Source: a candidate division WOR-3 bacterium (GTDB lineage Bacteria > Hydrothermota > Hydrothermia > LBFQ01). From it: a DNA stretch of 64,000 nucleotides. The stretch's first letter is position 1. Every line of letters begins with the position of its first letter. The translations under genes and the position numbers were made by a program. The notes below the pieces were generated by a model. The model worked only from the letters and a program-made list of their open reading frames with translations, did not search any database and was not told the origin of the DNA. The stretch lies in assembly GCA_039802605.1 (NCBI GenBank), contig JBDRWW010000005.1:47462-111461 (forward strand), written 5' to 3'. This document shows positions 28,823-39,206 of this stretch, piece after piece.

Positions 28823-31532
28823 GATAAATCTTTCTCAAAACATATGGCAGAATTCCGCCGTGTTTATAGTATTCCACCTCTACTGGTGTATCCAACCTTG
28901 CTATTACTTCAAATTCAATTTTGCCGCCATCGGGCTTATGGGCTATAACCTTTAAGGTTTTGCGGGGATGTATATCCCTTATACCGATTATGTCATATCT
29001 CTCAAAACCCGTTAAACCCAGGGTTTTCATGTTTTCGCCCTCTTTAAACTGCAAGGGTAAAACTCCCATACCCACCAAGTTGCTCCTGTGGATCCTCTCG
29101 AAACTTTCGGCTATAACGGCCTTAACCCCAAGCAAGGCTGTCCCCTTTGCCGCCCAATCCCTTGAAGAACCAGTACCGTATTCCTTTCCCGCAAGTATTA
29201 TTAAAGGTATATTCTCGGATTTATATCGCATAGCGGCATCATAGACGCTCATCTTTTCACCCGTTGGAATGTATATTGTCCACCAACCCCTAACCTCTTC
29301 CTTAAACAGATAGTTCCTAAACCTCACATTTGCAAATGTACCCCTCATCATAACTTCATGGTTTCCCCTCCTTGAACCATACGAGTTGAATTCGGAAGGT
29401 TTAACACCACTTTCTATAAGGTATTTCCCGGCAGGGCTTTCTGGGTGTATGCTACCAGCAGGTGATATATGATCCGTGGTTACACTATCACCACCAACGA
29501 CCAACACATAGGCGCCCTTTATATCTTCGGGTGGTTTCACCTCTAAGGAGAAGTTCTCAAAGTATGGAGGTTTCTTTATGTATGTTGAATTCGGATCCCA
29601 TTCAAATGTTTCACCCTCTTTTACATCTAAGGATTTCCAGTACTCATCCCCTTCAAAAACATCTGCATATCTCTTACGGAACATCTCGGGATTTAAACTC
29701 TTCTCTATGTATTCCCTTATTTCCCTTTGGGATGGCCAAATATCCCTCAAATAAACAGGTTCTCCATTCGGGTCGTATCCCAAAGGTTCGTTTTCAAAGT
29801 CAATATCAACCCTACCCGCTAAGGCAAAGGCAACCACAAGCATAGGGGATGCTAAGTAGTTAGCCTTTACAAGGGGATGGATTCTCGCCTCAAAGTTTCT
29901 ATTCCCACTCAAAACGGATGCAACCACAAGGTCATATTCCTTAATAGCTTCCTCAACCTTCTTGGGCAAAGGACCGCTGTTCCCTATGCATGTAGTGCAA
30001 CCATAACCTACAACATGGAACCGTAATGCTTCAAGGTAGGGCAATAATCCGGATTCCCTCAAATAATCCGTCACCACCCCTGAACCAGGTGCCAAACTCG
30101 TCTTTATATAGGGTTTAACAGTTAAACCTCTCTCAACCGCCTTTTTTGCAACAAGACCCGCGCCTATCATAACGGAAGGGTTTGATGTATTGGTGCAACT
30201 CGTTATGGCAGCTATCACAACTGAACCGTGTGTTAGGAAAAATTCCTCACCCTCATGTACTATAACCGCAACATCGCTTTTTACAGCCAAACCTCCCTCG
30301 GATTCATAAGCATCCTTTTGGTGGTTATCAAAGGGCTTTTTTCCAAACTCTTTTTCAAGGGATATGTAAAAGGATTTTTTAAGGTCCTTTAAAGGTATCC
30401 TATCCTGTGGCCTTTTTGGACCTGCAACGCTCGGTTCAATCTTCGAAAGGTCTATTTCAACCACATCGCTATATTCCGGTTCGGGTGAATCGGGTGTCCA
30501 GAATATACCCTGTTCCTTTGCAAAAACTTCAACGAGTTTAACCAATTCTTCATCCCTACCTGTTCCCCTTAAATATTCCAATGTCCTTTCGTCTATGGGG
30601 AAGTATCCACAGGTTGAACCGTATTCGGGAGCCATATTGGCAATTGTCGCCCTATCAGGTACGCTTAAATTTTTTAAGGCTGGCCCAAAGTATTCCACGA
30701 ATTTACCTACAACTCCCTTTTTCCTCAAAACCTCAGTTATCGTCAATACTAAATCGGTTGCCGTAGAACCCTCGGGTAATTCCCCCACAAGCCTTACCCC
30801 AACCACCTCGGGTAATAGCATGTAGTAGGGTTGTCCTAACATTACCGCCTCGGCTTCTATACCCCCGACTCCCCATCCCAAAACACCTATGCCGTTTATC
30901 ATTGTGGTGTGTGAATCCGTTCCCAAAAGCGTATCAAGAACTACAATTCCATCCTTTATATAAACAACCTTTGCAAAATATTCGAGATTTACCTGATGGA
31001 TGATACCCGTACCGGTTGGGACAACGCGAAAATTCTTAAAAGACTTCTGTGCCCATTTCAAGAGTTGATACCTCTCCCTATTCCTTTCAAGTTCCTTTTT
31101 AACATTCATAACATATGCATAACCCGTCCCAAAATAATCAACCTGAACGGAATGGTCTATAACCAGATCCGATTGTATTACCGGGTTTATCCTCTTGGGG
31201 TCTCCCCCCAATTCTTTCATAGCATCACGCATAGCCGCCAAATCCACCACAACGGGAACACCTGTAAAATCTTGTAAAACGACCCTTATCGGCATATAGG
31301 GTATTTCAACTTCCTTAGGTTTTGGTTTCCAATTCGCTATATCCTTTAAATTTTCCTCAGTCACAAGAAAACCATCAACGCTGTGTAATGCATTCTCAAC
31401 CAAAACTCTAATGGAATACGGGAGTTTATCGGGATTTATACCAAGAGATTGGAGATATTCTGGAATTGAAAAATAAGGGAATTCACCGCTATCCGTTTTC
31501 AGAACCCTTTGAAAATATTTTAAGCCCTTCAT
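28806..31532 (-). CDS. acnA: Aconitate hydratase A
   Basis: QDFTGVP, DSHTTM, AITSCTNTSNP, GCTTCIGNSG, GSSRDWAAKG. Confidence 0.97.
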   Translation of the reverse strand: MKGLKYFQRVLKTDSGEFPYFSIPEYLQSLGINPDKLPYSIRVLVENALHSVDGFLVTEENLKDIANWKPKPKEVEIPYMPIRVVLQDFTGVPVVVDLAAMRDAMKELGGDPKRINPVIQSDLVIDHSVQVDYFGTGYAYVMNVKKELERNRERYQLLKWAQKSFKNFRVVPTGTGIIHQVNLEYFAKVVYIKDGIVVLDTLLGTDSHTTMINGIGVLGWGVGGIEAEAVMLGQPYYMLLPEVVGVRLVGELPEGSTATDLVLTITEVLRKKGVVGKFVEYFGPALKNLSVPDRATIANMAPEYGSTCGYFPIDERTLEYLRGTGRDEELVKLVEVFAKEQGIFWTPDSPEPEYSDVVEIDLSKIEPSVAGPKRPQDRIPLKDLKKSFYISLEKEFGKKPFDNHQKDAYESEGGLAVKSDVAVIVHEGEEFFLTHGSVVIAAITSCTNTSNPSVMIGAGLVAKKAVERGLTVKPYIKTSLAPGSGVVTDYLRESGLLPYLEALRFHVVGYGCTTCIGNSGPLPKKVEEAIKEYDLVVASVLSGNRNFEARIHPLVKANYLASPMLVVAFALAGRVDIDFENEPLGYDPNGEPVYLRDIWPSQREIREYIEKSLNPEMFRKRYADVFEGDEYWKSLDVKEGETFEWDPNSTYIKKPPYFENFSLEVKPPEDIKGAYVLVVGGDSVTTDHISPAGSIHPESPAGKYLIESGVKPSEFNSYGSRRGNHEVMMRGTFANVRFRNYLFKEEVRGWWTIYIPTGEKMSVYDAAMRYKSENIPLIILAGKEYGTGSSRDWAAKGTALLGVKAVIAESFERIHRSNLVGMGVLPLQFKEGENMKTLGLTGFERYDIIGIRDIHPRKTLKVIAHKPDGGKIEFEVIARLDTPVEVEYYKHGGILPYVLRKIYHGELS

Positions 31533-31570
31533 AAGTCGGGAATTTTAACGCTGAAAAGGATTAGAATACC

Positions 31571-32044
31571 TTAAAGTTTTTTAGCCGGTGTAGGTTTGCC
31601 GTTTATATGCTTTTCAACGATTTTTATGATTTTTTCAACCTTCTCAAAACCATCGTCTATTGACTTTTTACTCTGCAACTCCCTGTAATAACCGCTTATG
31701 TGGAGGATCGTATAAACATCATCAAACAAACCCAAAAGAATATCCCTATCCTTTCCCAAACCCTTAATTTCCTTTAAACCCTTGTAATACCCTTCAACTT
31801 TCTTTAACCTTTGGTTTAACTCCTCACTTGAAATCAATCCTTTGGAAATAAACAATGCCTTTAAAGCCTCCAAAGCAACGAGATAAGCAATACCGCAAGC
31901 TGATGAGATATGCTTTAAATCAATATAACGCCCAACAACCCTATCAATACCCGCCTTCCTTAACTCTTCCTTTGCATTCTTCAAATACCTCTTTGCCAGC
32001 TCTAACCTTCCTTCCGGTGTTAAAGGTATTTTTGTTTTCGGCAT
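31571..32044 (-). CDS. DUF5618-like (HEPN-like helical) protein
   Basis: AKRYLKNAKEEL...Y.D.K....A.GIAY..ALEAL...Y..LHI.GYY pattern. Confidence 0.65.
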   Translation of the reverse strand: MPKTKIPLTPEGRLELAKRYLKNAKEELRKAGIDRVVGRYIDLKHISSACGIAYLVALEALKALFISKGLISSEELNQRLKKVEGYYKGLKEIKGLGKDRDILLGLFDDVYTILHISGYYRELQSKKSIDDGFEKVEKIIKIVEKHINGKPTPAKKL

Positions 32045-32151
32045 AAGCCCTTATTTTAAGGTTGTTTAGCCCATACATCTATAATTTCTCCCCCAAACCC
32101 GTTTTGTCAATCCCAACCTCTAATTTGACCATTAGGGGTTTATCAGCGCGT

Positions 32152-32200
32152 TTAAAAATAAAAAACCCCAACCCCACCAATAAAGGCGAGATTGGGGTGG
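32152..32200 (-). terminator. Possible intrinsic terminator downstream of FG-GAP gene
   Basis: Imperfect CCACC..AAT/ATTGGTGG stem followed on the minus strand by a long T-rich tract. Confidence 0.35.
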
Positions 32201-32224
32201 AAAACGAAAGAGAAATATGGGAAA

Positions 32225-33835
32225 TTATCTAACCACTACGGTTTTGACACCTTTACTCGTTCTCACGATATAAACACCTCTTGGAAGTTCAAACCTCGCA
32301 TATCCGTTTACCTCTCCACCCTTCACAAGCCTACCCGAGGGTGTGTATATCCCAATATTTCCACTATATCCCGTGATCTCAACATAATTTTTACCACCCA
32401 ACACGGCATATGGAACTATTGTGCCCGCCTTCTCACCTACACTTAGACCATCATCATACCCTAACACTGCCACAGGACAAGACCACACATTCGTATAACA
32501 GGAAACATCACCCTCTACTATAAGCATACTCGTGTTTGTGTGCTTTGCAACTATTAGGTCAGAACTTATAGGAGGTTCATCCGCACATCCAGAAGATGTC
32601 CACACAGGAGCACTCCAACCGTTTGACATTGACCAAGCGTGTGGATTTCCACAACCACACTCGGAAATAAGCACATCGAAAACACCATCACCGCTTATAT
32701 CGGCTATAGTAGGGGCTCCGCAGTAGCTTGCCGAACCGTTTGGAGCCGCCAAGACCGAACCGTCCACCCCATTCAAAACGACGAAATCCCAAGAACCCGA
32801 GCCATCCCTAAAAACTATATCGGGATGACCGTCCATATTCAAGTCACCCACAGCAACGGCGCTTAGTGGAGACCCCGTCCATGTCCAAAAAACTACCGGA
32901 GAACCGGAAACCTCTTTAACGGCAATTATACCCGTTGTGGTCCTAACTATGAGTTCATCTTTCCCATCCCCATCAAGGTCGGATGCGGCGAGAACACTAC
33001 TATAAATATCCCAACTTAACAAATTAGGAAATGTTCCGCCTGTATTCCAAGTCCATCTCGGTGTTCCGGTTAAGGCATCATAGGAATAAACATTATTGTT
33101 AGAGGCAGGGAAGTAGGCTTCAAGATTCCTGTCCCCGTTTAAATCGGCTAAAACAGGAATCCCCACAGTTGTACCTATGCTTCTTGACCACCTTTCGGTA
33201 TATGTATTGGCACATCCATCAACGCTTACAGCATATCCTCCAACACCTCTATAAATTTCCGGACACCCATCGCCATTAACATCGGCTATAGTTAGACCGG
33301 AATGGTCGCTTGACTCGTTCCTTTCGTATATTTGGCCCCCGGTTATAGCATCTCTGACCTCAAAAAGGTAATACGAATCCCATGTATCATCGTCATAATA
33401 AACGGAAAAAATCCTATTTTGCCCCGATGGTGTTTTACCAACCGCCCAGTAAGCATCATAATCATCTCCATCGTATGTAATATCCCAAATTATAGAACCG
33501 TTTGAGCCCACATATAAATACATTCCCACATCCATACCTGCGAAACCGTCATCATCCGGACCGCCTCCTAAAACCTCACTTACCCCATCGTTATTATAAT
33601 CAAACACGGCATTCAAAACAGCAGAGCCAGAAGCCAAAAACCAACCCGGGCTGCTTTCGTGAGACCAAATCCTACTAACCGAAGCCGGGGATGAACACCT
33701 CCAAGGAGACCGAGCGGTCTTTTTATAATCATGCCTTCCCTGTCTCCATTCCGGATCACTGGGGGAATACGTTTGTGCAAATAACCCCCACACCCAGAGG
33801 CATATCAACACAGGTATTAAATATAGCCTTTTCAT
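32225..33835 (-). CDS. Secreted FG-GAP/PQQ-like beta-propeller protein with T9SS-type C-terminal domain
   Basis: Signal peptide MKRLYLIP...LFA; repeated D.NGDG..E/D Ca-binding loops; C-terminal IYTPSGRLV...LPRGVYIV...VVVR. Confidence 0.85.
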   Translation of the reverse strand: MKRLYLIPVLICLWVWGLFAQTYSPSDPEWRQGRHDYKKTARSPWRCSSPASVSRIWSHESSPGWFLASGSAVLNAVFDYNNDGVSEVLGGGPDDDGFAGMDVGMYLYVGSNGSIIWDITYDGDDYDAYWAVGKTPSGQNRIFSVYYDDDTWDSYYLFEVRDAITGGQIYERNESSDHSGLTIADVNGDGCPEIYRGVGGYAVSVDGCANTYTERWSRSIGTTVGIPVLADLNGDRNLEAYFPASNNNVYSYDALTGTPRWTWNTGGTFPNLLSWDIYSSVLAASDLDGDGKDELIVRTTTGIIAVKEVSGSPVVFWTWTGSPLSAVAVGDLNMDGHPDIVFRDGSGSWDFVVLNGVDGSVLAAPNGSASYCGAPTIADISGDGVFDVLISECGCGNPHAWSMSNGWSAPVWTSSGCADEPPISSDLIVAKHTNTSMLIVEGDVSCYTNVWSCPVAVLGYDDGLSVGEKAGTIVPYAVLGGKNYVEITGYSGNIGIYTPSGRLVKGGEVNGYARFELPRGVYIVRTSKGVKTVVVR

Positions 33836-33934
33836 CACCCTATATTGTAATGCCAAAAACTTTGCCAAGGGGTGTGGCAAAGACACTAAAAATTATTTCC
33901 TGACAATCAAATAAGGTAAGGTTTATTTCCGCTA

Positions 33935-33940
33935 TATAAT
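33935..33940 (+). promoter_or_regulatory. -10 box of Rieske/cyt b operon
   Basis: TATAAT 10 nt before ATG 33951. Confidence 0.6.
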
Positions 33941-33950
33941 ACCCAGCCCT

Positions 33951-34466
33951 ATGACCGAAAAGGAAATCAAGAATAAAAGGCGGGAATTCCTAAAAAACAT
34001 AGGAAGGTTAATCGGTTATGGAACCCTTGGGGGTTTGTTTGCGGGTTTCGGTAGGTCCCTTTGGCCGAACATCCTATATGAACCCCCAAAGAGGGTTAGG
34101 TTGATAGATCCCAAGAATCTGGCCGAGGGAATGAATTATTTCCCCGAGCAAAGGCTTTTTGTCTTTAAGAGGGGAGGTGAGGTTTGGGCTATTTCCGCCG
34201 TATGCCAACACCTCGGATGTACGGTAAATTTTGTTCCCTTTGGTGAGAAAATAGAGAAAAAGATTCTCGGAAAGGTTATAGAGGAGGAATGGGAATTCCA
34301 CTGCCCTTGCCACGGTTCAAAATACACGCAGGAAGGGGATATATATGAAGGCCCGGCACCGAGGGGATTGCCCCATTATCCCCTTGAAATAGATCCCGCT
34401 ACGGGTTATCTTGTGGTTGATATGTCAAAAGAGGTGAAAAAGGATTGGAGGCTTAAACTTTCATAA
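33951..34466 (+). CDS. Rieske iron-sulfur subunit of cytochrome bc complex
   Basis: Tat motif RREFLK; CQHLGC and CPCHGS boxes; GPAP. Confidence 0.95.
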   Translation: MTEKEIKNKRREFLKNIGRLIGYGTLGGLFAGFGRSLWPNILYEPPKRVRLIDPKNLAEGMNYFPEQRLFVFKRGGEVWAISAVCQHLGCTVNFVPFGEKIEKKILGKVIEEEWEFHCPCHGSKYTQEGDIYEGPAPRGLPHYPLEIDPATGYLVVDMSKEVKKDWRLKLS

Positions 34467-34478
34467 AGGAGGGAAAAT

Positions 34479-35714
34479 ATGAAGGAAAGGCTCTATCAGG
34501 TTTGGAGGGCACTTATATGGACATTTGACCCGGCGGATAGGGGGGAGGCGGGTAAGGCCGTAACAAGAAACTTTTGGCTCCACTGGTTTCCCCCAAGGAT
34601 GACCAAGGAAAGCCTATCTTGGGGGTATTCCCTATGGTTGGGGACGATTTCAGCGGTTTTGTTTTTTATACTAGTAATAACCGGTATAATCCTTATGTTC
34701 CTTTATGTTCCCTCCGTTGAAAGGGCATACCAATCAATAAAGGATCTTGAATATGCCGTTTCATTTGGGTGGTTTTTGAGGAACATGCACAGGTGGTCGG
34801 CACACATGATGGTCGCCGCCGTATTCTTACATATGCTAAGGGTTTTCTACACCGGGGCGTATAAAAACGGTATGAGTCATATGGCAAAAAGGCAAATAAA
34901 CTGGGTTGTGGGTATGATTTTGTTGGGTGTTACGCTGTTGCTATCTTTCAGCGGATACCTACTCCCTTGGGATCAGTTGGCCCTTTGGGCGGTTACGGTT
35001 GGAACGCAAATAGCGAGGTCCGTGCCGTTTATAGGCGATGAAATATACTATGTTTTGGCGGGCGGTACGAGGTTGGACCAAAACGCCTTAATAAGGTTTT
35101 ATACCTTGCATGTGATATTCTTGCCGGCTTTGCTCTTGGTATTGTTCTCTTATCATATGTGGAGGATTAGAAAGGACGAGGGGCTTGCCATAACGGAGCA
35201 GTTTAGCATAGCGAGGAAGAAGGGAGAAGCGGTACAGCCGGAAATGGTGTTCTCAACACCTTGGGCTGTTAGGAGGATAGTTTTGGTTTCCTTGGGCACG
35301 CTGGTTTGGGTTATGTTTCTCTCGGTATTCTTAAAATCACCCTTGGAGGAACCCGCAAGCCTTGAATGGACACCCAACCCCGCAAAAGCACCTTGGTATT
35401 TCCTATGGTTGCAGGAGCTGGTGGCCATAACAACGATAAGGATAGGTGGATTCACATTAAACGGTGGGTTTGTTGGAGGGGTTTTGATTCCCGCAATTCT
35501 CGGTGGAGCGGCAACCATATGGGCATTTATAGACAAAAGCCCAGCGGAGGCTACGGGGGTTTGGTTTCACAAAAGTAGGCTCGTTCAAAACTTGGTATTT
35601 ACCTTTTTCGTTTTAATAATAGTGGGAATGACAATTTTCGCTATGTACTTCCGTGGGCCGTATTGGGGTATTTACTGGCCTTGGGCTTGGCCGGAATTGC
35701 CGGAGATAATTTAA
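34479..35714 (+). CDS. Cytochrome b (b6-like N-terminus fused to subunit IV-like region)
   Basis: HRWSAH...LH and LH...YH heme ligands, GYLLPWDQ, TPNPAKAPWYF. Confidence 0.93.
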   Translation: MKERLYQVWRALIWTFDPADRGEAGKAVTRNFWLHWFPPRMTKESLSWGYSLWLGTISAVLFFILVITGIILMFLYVPSVERAYQSIKDLEYAVSFGWFLRNMHRWSAHMMVAAVFLHMLRVFYTGAYKNGMSHMAKRQINWVVGMILLGVTLLLSFSGYLLPWDQLALWAVTVGTQIARSVPFIGDEIYYVLAGGTRLDQNALIRFYTLHVIFLPALLLVLFSYHMWRIRKDEGLAITEQFSIARKKGEAVQPEMVFSTPWAVRRIVLVSLGTLVWVMFLSVFLKSPLEEPASLEWTPNPAKAPWYFLWLQELVAITTIRIGGFTLNGGFVGGVLIPAILGGAATIWAFIDKSPAEATGVWFHKSRLVQNLVFTFFVLIIVGMTIFAMYFRGPYWGIYWPWAWPELPEII

Positions 35715-35727
35715 AAGGAGGTAAAAA

Positions 35728-37056
35728 ATGGAACAGAAACCTCAAAAACAGGCTCTACCCGATGTTAAAGAAGACCCATTTCCTTATGATTCTTGGATAA
35801 TATACGGTTTGGCGGTTGTAGGCGCTTTCCTTTTGGGTTTGGCCATATACAAGGAGTTAAATCCGGAATACATAAAGTACCAGAGGGAGTTCAAGGCCCT
35901 GGTTGAAAAAAAGTTCGGAAAGGAGGCCGCCGCATCCATAACATTTGGTGTAAAGCAGATATGGATACCAGCGTTGAACAAAACCGAAAGGTGTATAACC
36001 TGTCATATGGGTTATGAGTGGAAAGGGCTTGAAGGTGAAGATGTCCCAAAGGTTTTCAGGACACATCCGGACATAGAAGGCCTTATAGCAAAGCATCCAT
36101 TTAATAAGTTCGGATGTACGACATGCCACGGGGGTCAGGGTTTTGCAACCAATGTAAGGGAGGCGCATGTTATAAATGAGGGTGGAAAGAAGGTTAGGTG
36201 GCTTGAACCACTCTTATCCTCCGAAAAAGCAAAGGAATACGGGTTCAAAGACTGGCAAAAATCTCCACTGATTGAAATAAACTGTAATACTTGCCATAGG
36301 TTTGACGATAGCCTTCCCGGTACCCCTTATATAAACCTTGCGAAAAGGTTGGTTGAAGAAAAGGCTTGTAGAACCTGCCACATGATAAACGGAGAAGGGG
36401 GACAAATAGGACCGGATTTAACTTACGAGGGTTCAAAGATGCCAGAAATGTTTGACATGAGGGGAACATATTATGAAATAAAGGATGGAAAACCCGTACC
36501 TTCCGGAAGAACTGTACAAGAGGAAATTGAGAGGAGGGGATTACCATTAACCGTGTTCTCCTGGCACATATTACACTTTGAAGAACCGAGGTCTATAACC
36601 CCAACTTCAAAAATGCCAAACTTTGGATTTACGGATGAGGAAAAGTTGGCTTTGACCATGCTAGTAATGTCTTGGAAGAAGGTAAATCTCCCCGCGGAAT
36701 ACATACCGAGGCCGAAGAAGGGGGAGGTAATACCCCAAGCGGATACATCCAAGAAGGCCGAGGGAACCGTTTCGGCGGATTTGGTAAAGAGGGGTGAGGA
36801 GATATTCAAACAGAAGTGTACCGCTTGCCATCAGATTGACAAAAAACTCGTAGGACCTGCCTTAAAGGGCTTGTTTGAAAGGAGAAAGGAAGAATGGGTT
36901 TTTGCTATGATTATGCATCCGGATTCAATGGTTAAGAACGACCCAACGGCAAAGAAGCTGCTTGAGGAATATAAAGTTCCTATGGCAGTGCCCGGTGGTA
37001 TAACGGAGGATGAGACAAAGGCCGTAATTGAATACTTAAAGCAGGCGACCAAGTGA
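35728..37056 (+). CDS. Membrane-anchored pentaheme cytochrome c
   Basis: One TM plus CITCH, CTTCH, CNTCH, CRTCH, CTACH. Confidence 0.92.
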   Translation: MEQKPQKQALPDVKEDPFPYDSWIIYGLAVVGAFLLGLAIYKELNPEYIKYQREFKALVEKKFGKEAAASITFGVKQIWIPALNKTERCITCHMGYEWKGLEGEDVPKVFRTHPDIEGLIAKHPFNKFGCTTCHGGQGFATNVREAHVINEGGKKVRWLEPLLSSEKAKEYGFKDWQKSPLIEINCNTCHRFDDSLPGTPYINLAKRLVEEKACRTCHMINGEGGQIGPDLTYEGSKMPEMFDMRGTYYEIKDGKPVPSGRTVQEEIERRGLPLTVFSWHILHFEEPRSITPTSKMPNFGFTDEEKLALTMLVMSWKKVNLPAEYIPRPKKGEVIPQADTSKKAEGTVSADLVKRGEEIFKQKCTACHQIDKKLVGPALKGLFERRKEEWVFAMIMHPDSMVKNDPTAKKLLEEYKVPMAVPGGITEDETKAVIEYLKQATK

Positions 37057-37706
37057 AGGTTTCGTTTATAACGGGCGGAACATCCGGCATAGGCTTTGCT
37101 ATAGCGGAGTTATTTGAGAAAAGGGGTTATAGGGTTTATGTTTGCGGTAGGAGGGAAGGTTTTGAAAGGTTTAACTACCTTAGGGCGGATGTTAGTAAGT
37201 ATGAAGAGGTTAGGAGGGCTGTTGAAGACATCGTAAGTAAGGAGGGGGGAATAAATGTTTTGGTTGTGAATGCGGGTATAGGTAGGGTTGGTTATGTGGA
37301 GGAATTTCCAATAGATGAATGGGAAGAGGTTATAAAAATCAACCTGAACGGGGCTTTCTACACGGTTAAGGCCGCACTACCCCATATAAATAGGGGTGGA
37401 AATATAATTTTCATAGGTTCGGTGGCGTCAAAGGAGGCCTTTGCCGGGTGGTCCGCCTATTGCGCTTCAAAGTTTGGGCTTTTGGGGTTTGCCAAGAGTT
37501 TGGCGGATGAACTCAGGGGAAAAATAAAGGTTTCCTTTGTTATGCCCGGGGCGGTTGATACGGATATATGGAACTCCGTGGGATACAAACCCCCAAAAGA
37601 GGCAATGCTGAAACCCGAAGATGTCGCAAGGGTTGTTTTGGAAATAGTTGAAAATCCGGGTTGGATAAGGGAGATAGAAATATTACCAAAGGGTGGGATA
37701 CTTTGA
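37053..37706 (+). CDS. Short-chain dehydrogenase/reductase
   Basis: TGGTSGIG, VNAG, YCASK. Confidence 0.9.
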   Translation: MKVSFITGGTSGIGFAIAELFEKRGYRVYVCGRREGFERFNYLRADVSKYEEVRRAVEDIVSKEGGINVLVVNAGIGRVGYVEEFPIDEWEEVIKINLNGAFYTVKAALPHINRGGNIIFIGSVASKEAFAGWSAYCASKFGLLGFAKSLADELRGKIKVSFVMPGAVDTDIWNSVGYKPPKEAMLKPEDVARVVLEIVENPGWIREIEILPKGGIL

Positions 37707-38392
37707 GGGTTGTGGGAATACCCGCAAGGTATGGCTCAACGAGGTTTCCTGGAAAACTTTTGGCGGAAATAAAGGGAAAACCCATAATAGTTTGGGTGGT
37801 TGAAAGGGTTTTAAAGGTAAAGAACGCAAGGGTTATAGTCGCCACGGACGACGATAGGATAAAGGAAGCCGTTAAGGGTTTGTGCGAAGTTGTATTAACA
37901 CCTACGGATTTACCTTCCGGAACGGATAGGCTCGCGTATGCTTTAAGGGATTTTGACGATAACGCAAAAATCGTAAATGTTCAGGGGGATGAACCCTTTA
38001 TAAAACCCGAAGTGGTTGAATACTTGTTTAACATGATGGAAAACGAAGATGCGGATATTTACACCCTTGCAAAAAGGGATAAAATGGACGAAAACCCCAA
38101 CAGGGTTAAAGTGGTTTTGGATTCAAGGGGTTATGCCCTTTACTTTTCAAGGAGTCCAATACCGTACGGTTCAAGGGAAGGACTGATACACATAGGCATA
38201 TACGGATATACGAAAGGAAAACTTTTAGAGTTTTCAAAACTTCCAAAACCGGGTATAGAAAAAACGGAAAAGTTGGAGCAGTTGAGGGCATTATATTACG
38301 GTTGGAGGGTTAAAGTTGGGATAGTGGAATACGGGGGAATAAGCATAGATACTCCGGAAGATTTGGAAATCGCCCGTAAAATGTTGGAATGA
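37703..38392 (+). CDS. kdsB: 3-deoxy-manno-octulosonate cytidylyltransferase
   Basis: IPARYGSTRFPGK, SGTDR, NVQGDEP, YFSRSPIP, EKLEQLR; TTG start overlapping the SDR stop. Confidence 0.95.
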   Translation: MRVVGIPARYGSTRFPGKLLAEIKGKPIIVWVVERVLKVKNARVIVATDDDRIKEAVKGLCEVVLTPTDLPSGTDRLAYALRDFDDNAKIVNVQGDEPFIKPEVVEYLFNMMENEDADIYTLAKRDKMDENPNRVKVVLDSRGYALYFSRSPIPYGSREGLIHIGIYGYTKGKLLEFSKLPKPGIEKTEKLEQLRALYYGWRVKVGIVEYGGISIDTPEDLEIARKMLE

Positions 38393-39195
38393 ATTTAAGG
38401 GAGTTTGTATTAAGGGCAATAGAAGAGGATGCACCCTTTGGGGATATAACATCGGAGGTTTTCAAGGGGATAAAAATAAAGGCTGTTATACTAGCAAAGG
38501 GTGATGGGGTTTTTTGTGGGGATAGGGTTTTAAGGGAGTTTGAAAGGGTTTTTGACTTTTCGGTTAAAAGCGTTCCGGATGGTTTTGGTTTTAAATACGG
38601 GGATGTTTTGGCGGAAATAAAGGGGGATGCGTATGATATACTCCTGTGCGAGAGGACGGTTTTAAACATAATATCAAAACTTTCGGGAATAGCAACCCTA
38701 ACGAAAAGGTTTGTTGATTTGGCCGGAGATGTTCCCATATATGATACGAGGAAAACGACGCCTTTAATGAGATTTTTGGAAAAGTATGCGGTTAGGGTTG
38801 GGGGTGGGTATAACCATAGGCTAACCCTATCGGAAATAGCGATGGTTAAAGATAACCATAAGAGGATAGCGGGGGGGATAAAAAAGGCCATCGGGATGAT
38901 AAGGGAAAGGTTTGGAAGGCATGTGTATATTGAGGTTGAGGTTGAAAACCTTGAAGAGTTAAAGGAGGCTTTGGAATGCGGTGTTGATTGGGTTTTGTTG
39001 GATAATATGGATATTGAAACATTGCGGGAGGCGATAAATATGGCTAAGGGAAAGGTTAAGGTTGAGGTTTCGGGAGGTGTTAGCCTTGAAAATGTTAAGG
39101 AAATAGCATCTTTAAAACCCGATAGGATTTCCGTAGGGGCAATTACAAAGGCTGCAAAACCAATTGACATTAGTTTAGAGGTTGTGGAATGGTAA
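38389..39195 (+). CDS. nadC: Nicotinate-nucleotide diphosphorylase (carboxylating)
   Basis: GDITS, ERTVLN, DTRKT, HR..L, KDNH, EVEVE, LLDN, E.SGG. Confidence 0.96.
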   Translation: MNLREFVLRAIEEDAPFGDITSEVFKGIKIKAVILAKGDGVFCGDRVLREFERVFDFSVKSVPDGFGFKYGDVLAEIKGDAYDILLCERTVLNIISKLSGIATLTKRFVDLAGDVPIYDTRKTTPLMRFLEKYAVRVGGGYNHRLTLSEIAMVKDNHKRIAGGIKKAIGMIRERFGRHVYIEVEVENLEELKEALECGVDWVLLDNMDIETLREAINMAKGKVKVEVSGGVSLENVKEIASLKPDRISVGAITKAAKPIDISLEVVEW

Positions 39196-39206
39196 ATGTG
39201 TAATGT

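Noticed and set aside
38310..39170. 286-aa antisense ORF
   Set aside because: Shadow of nadC on the opposite strand with no recognisable motifs; the same applies to the many antisense ORFs over secDF, recG, acnA and cusA.
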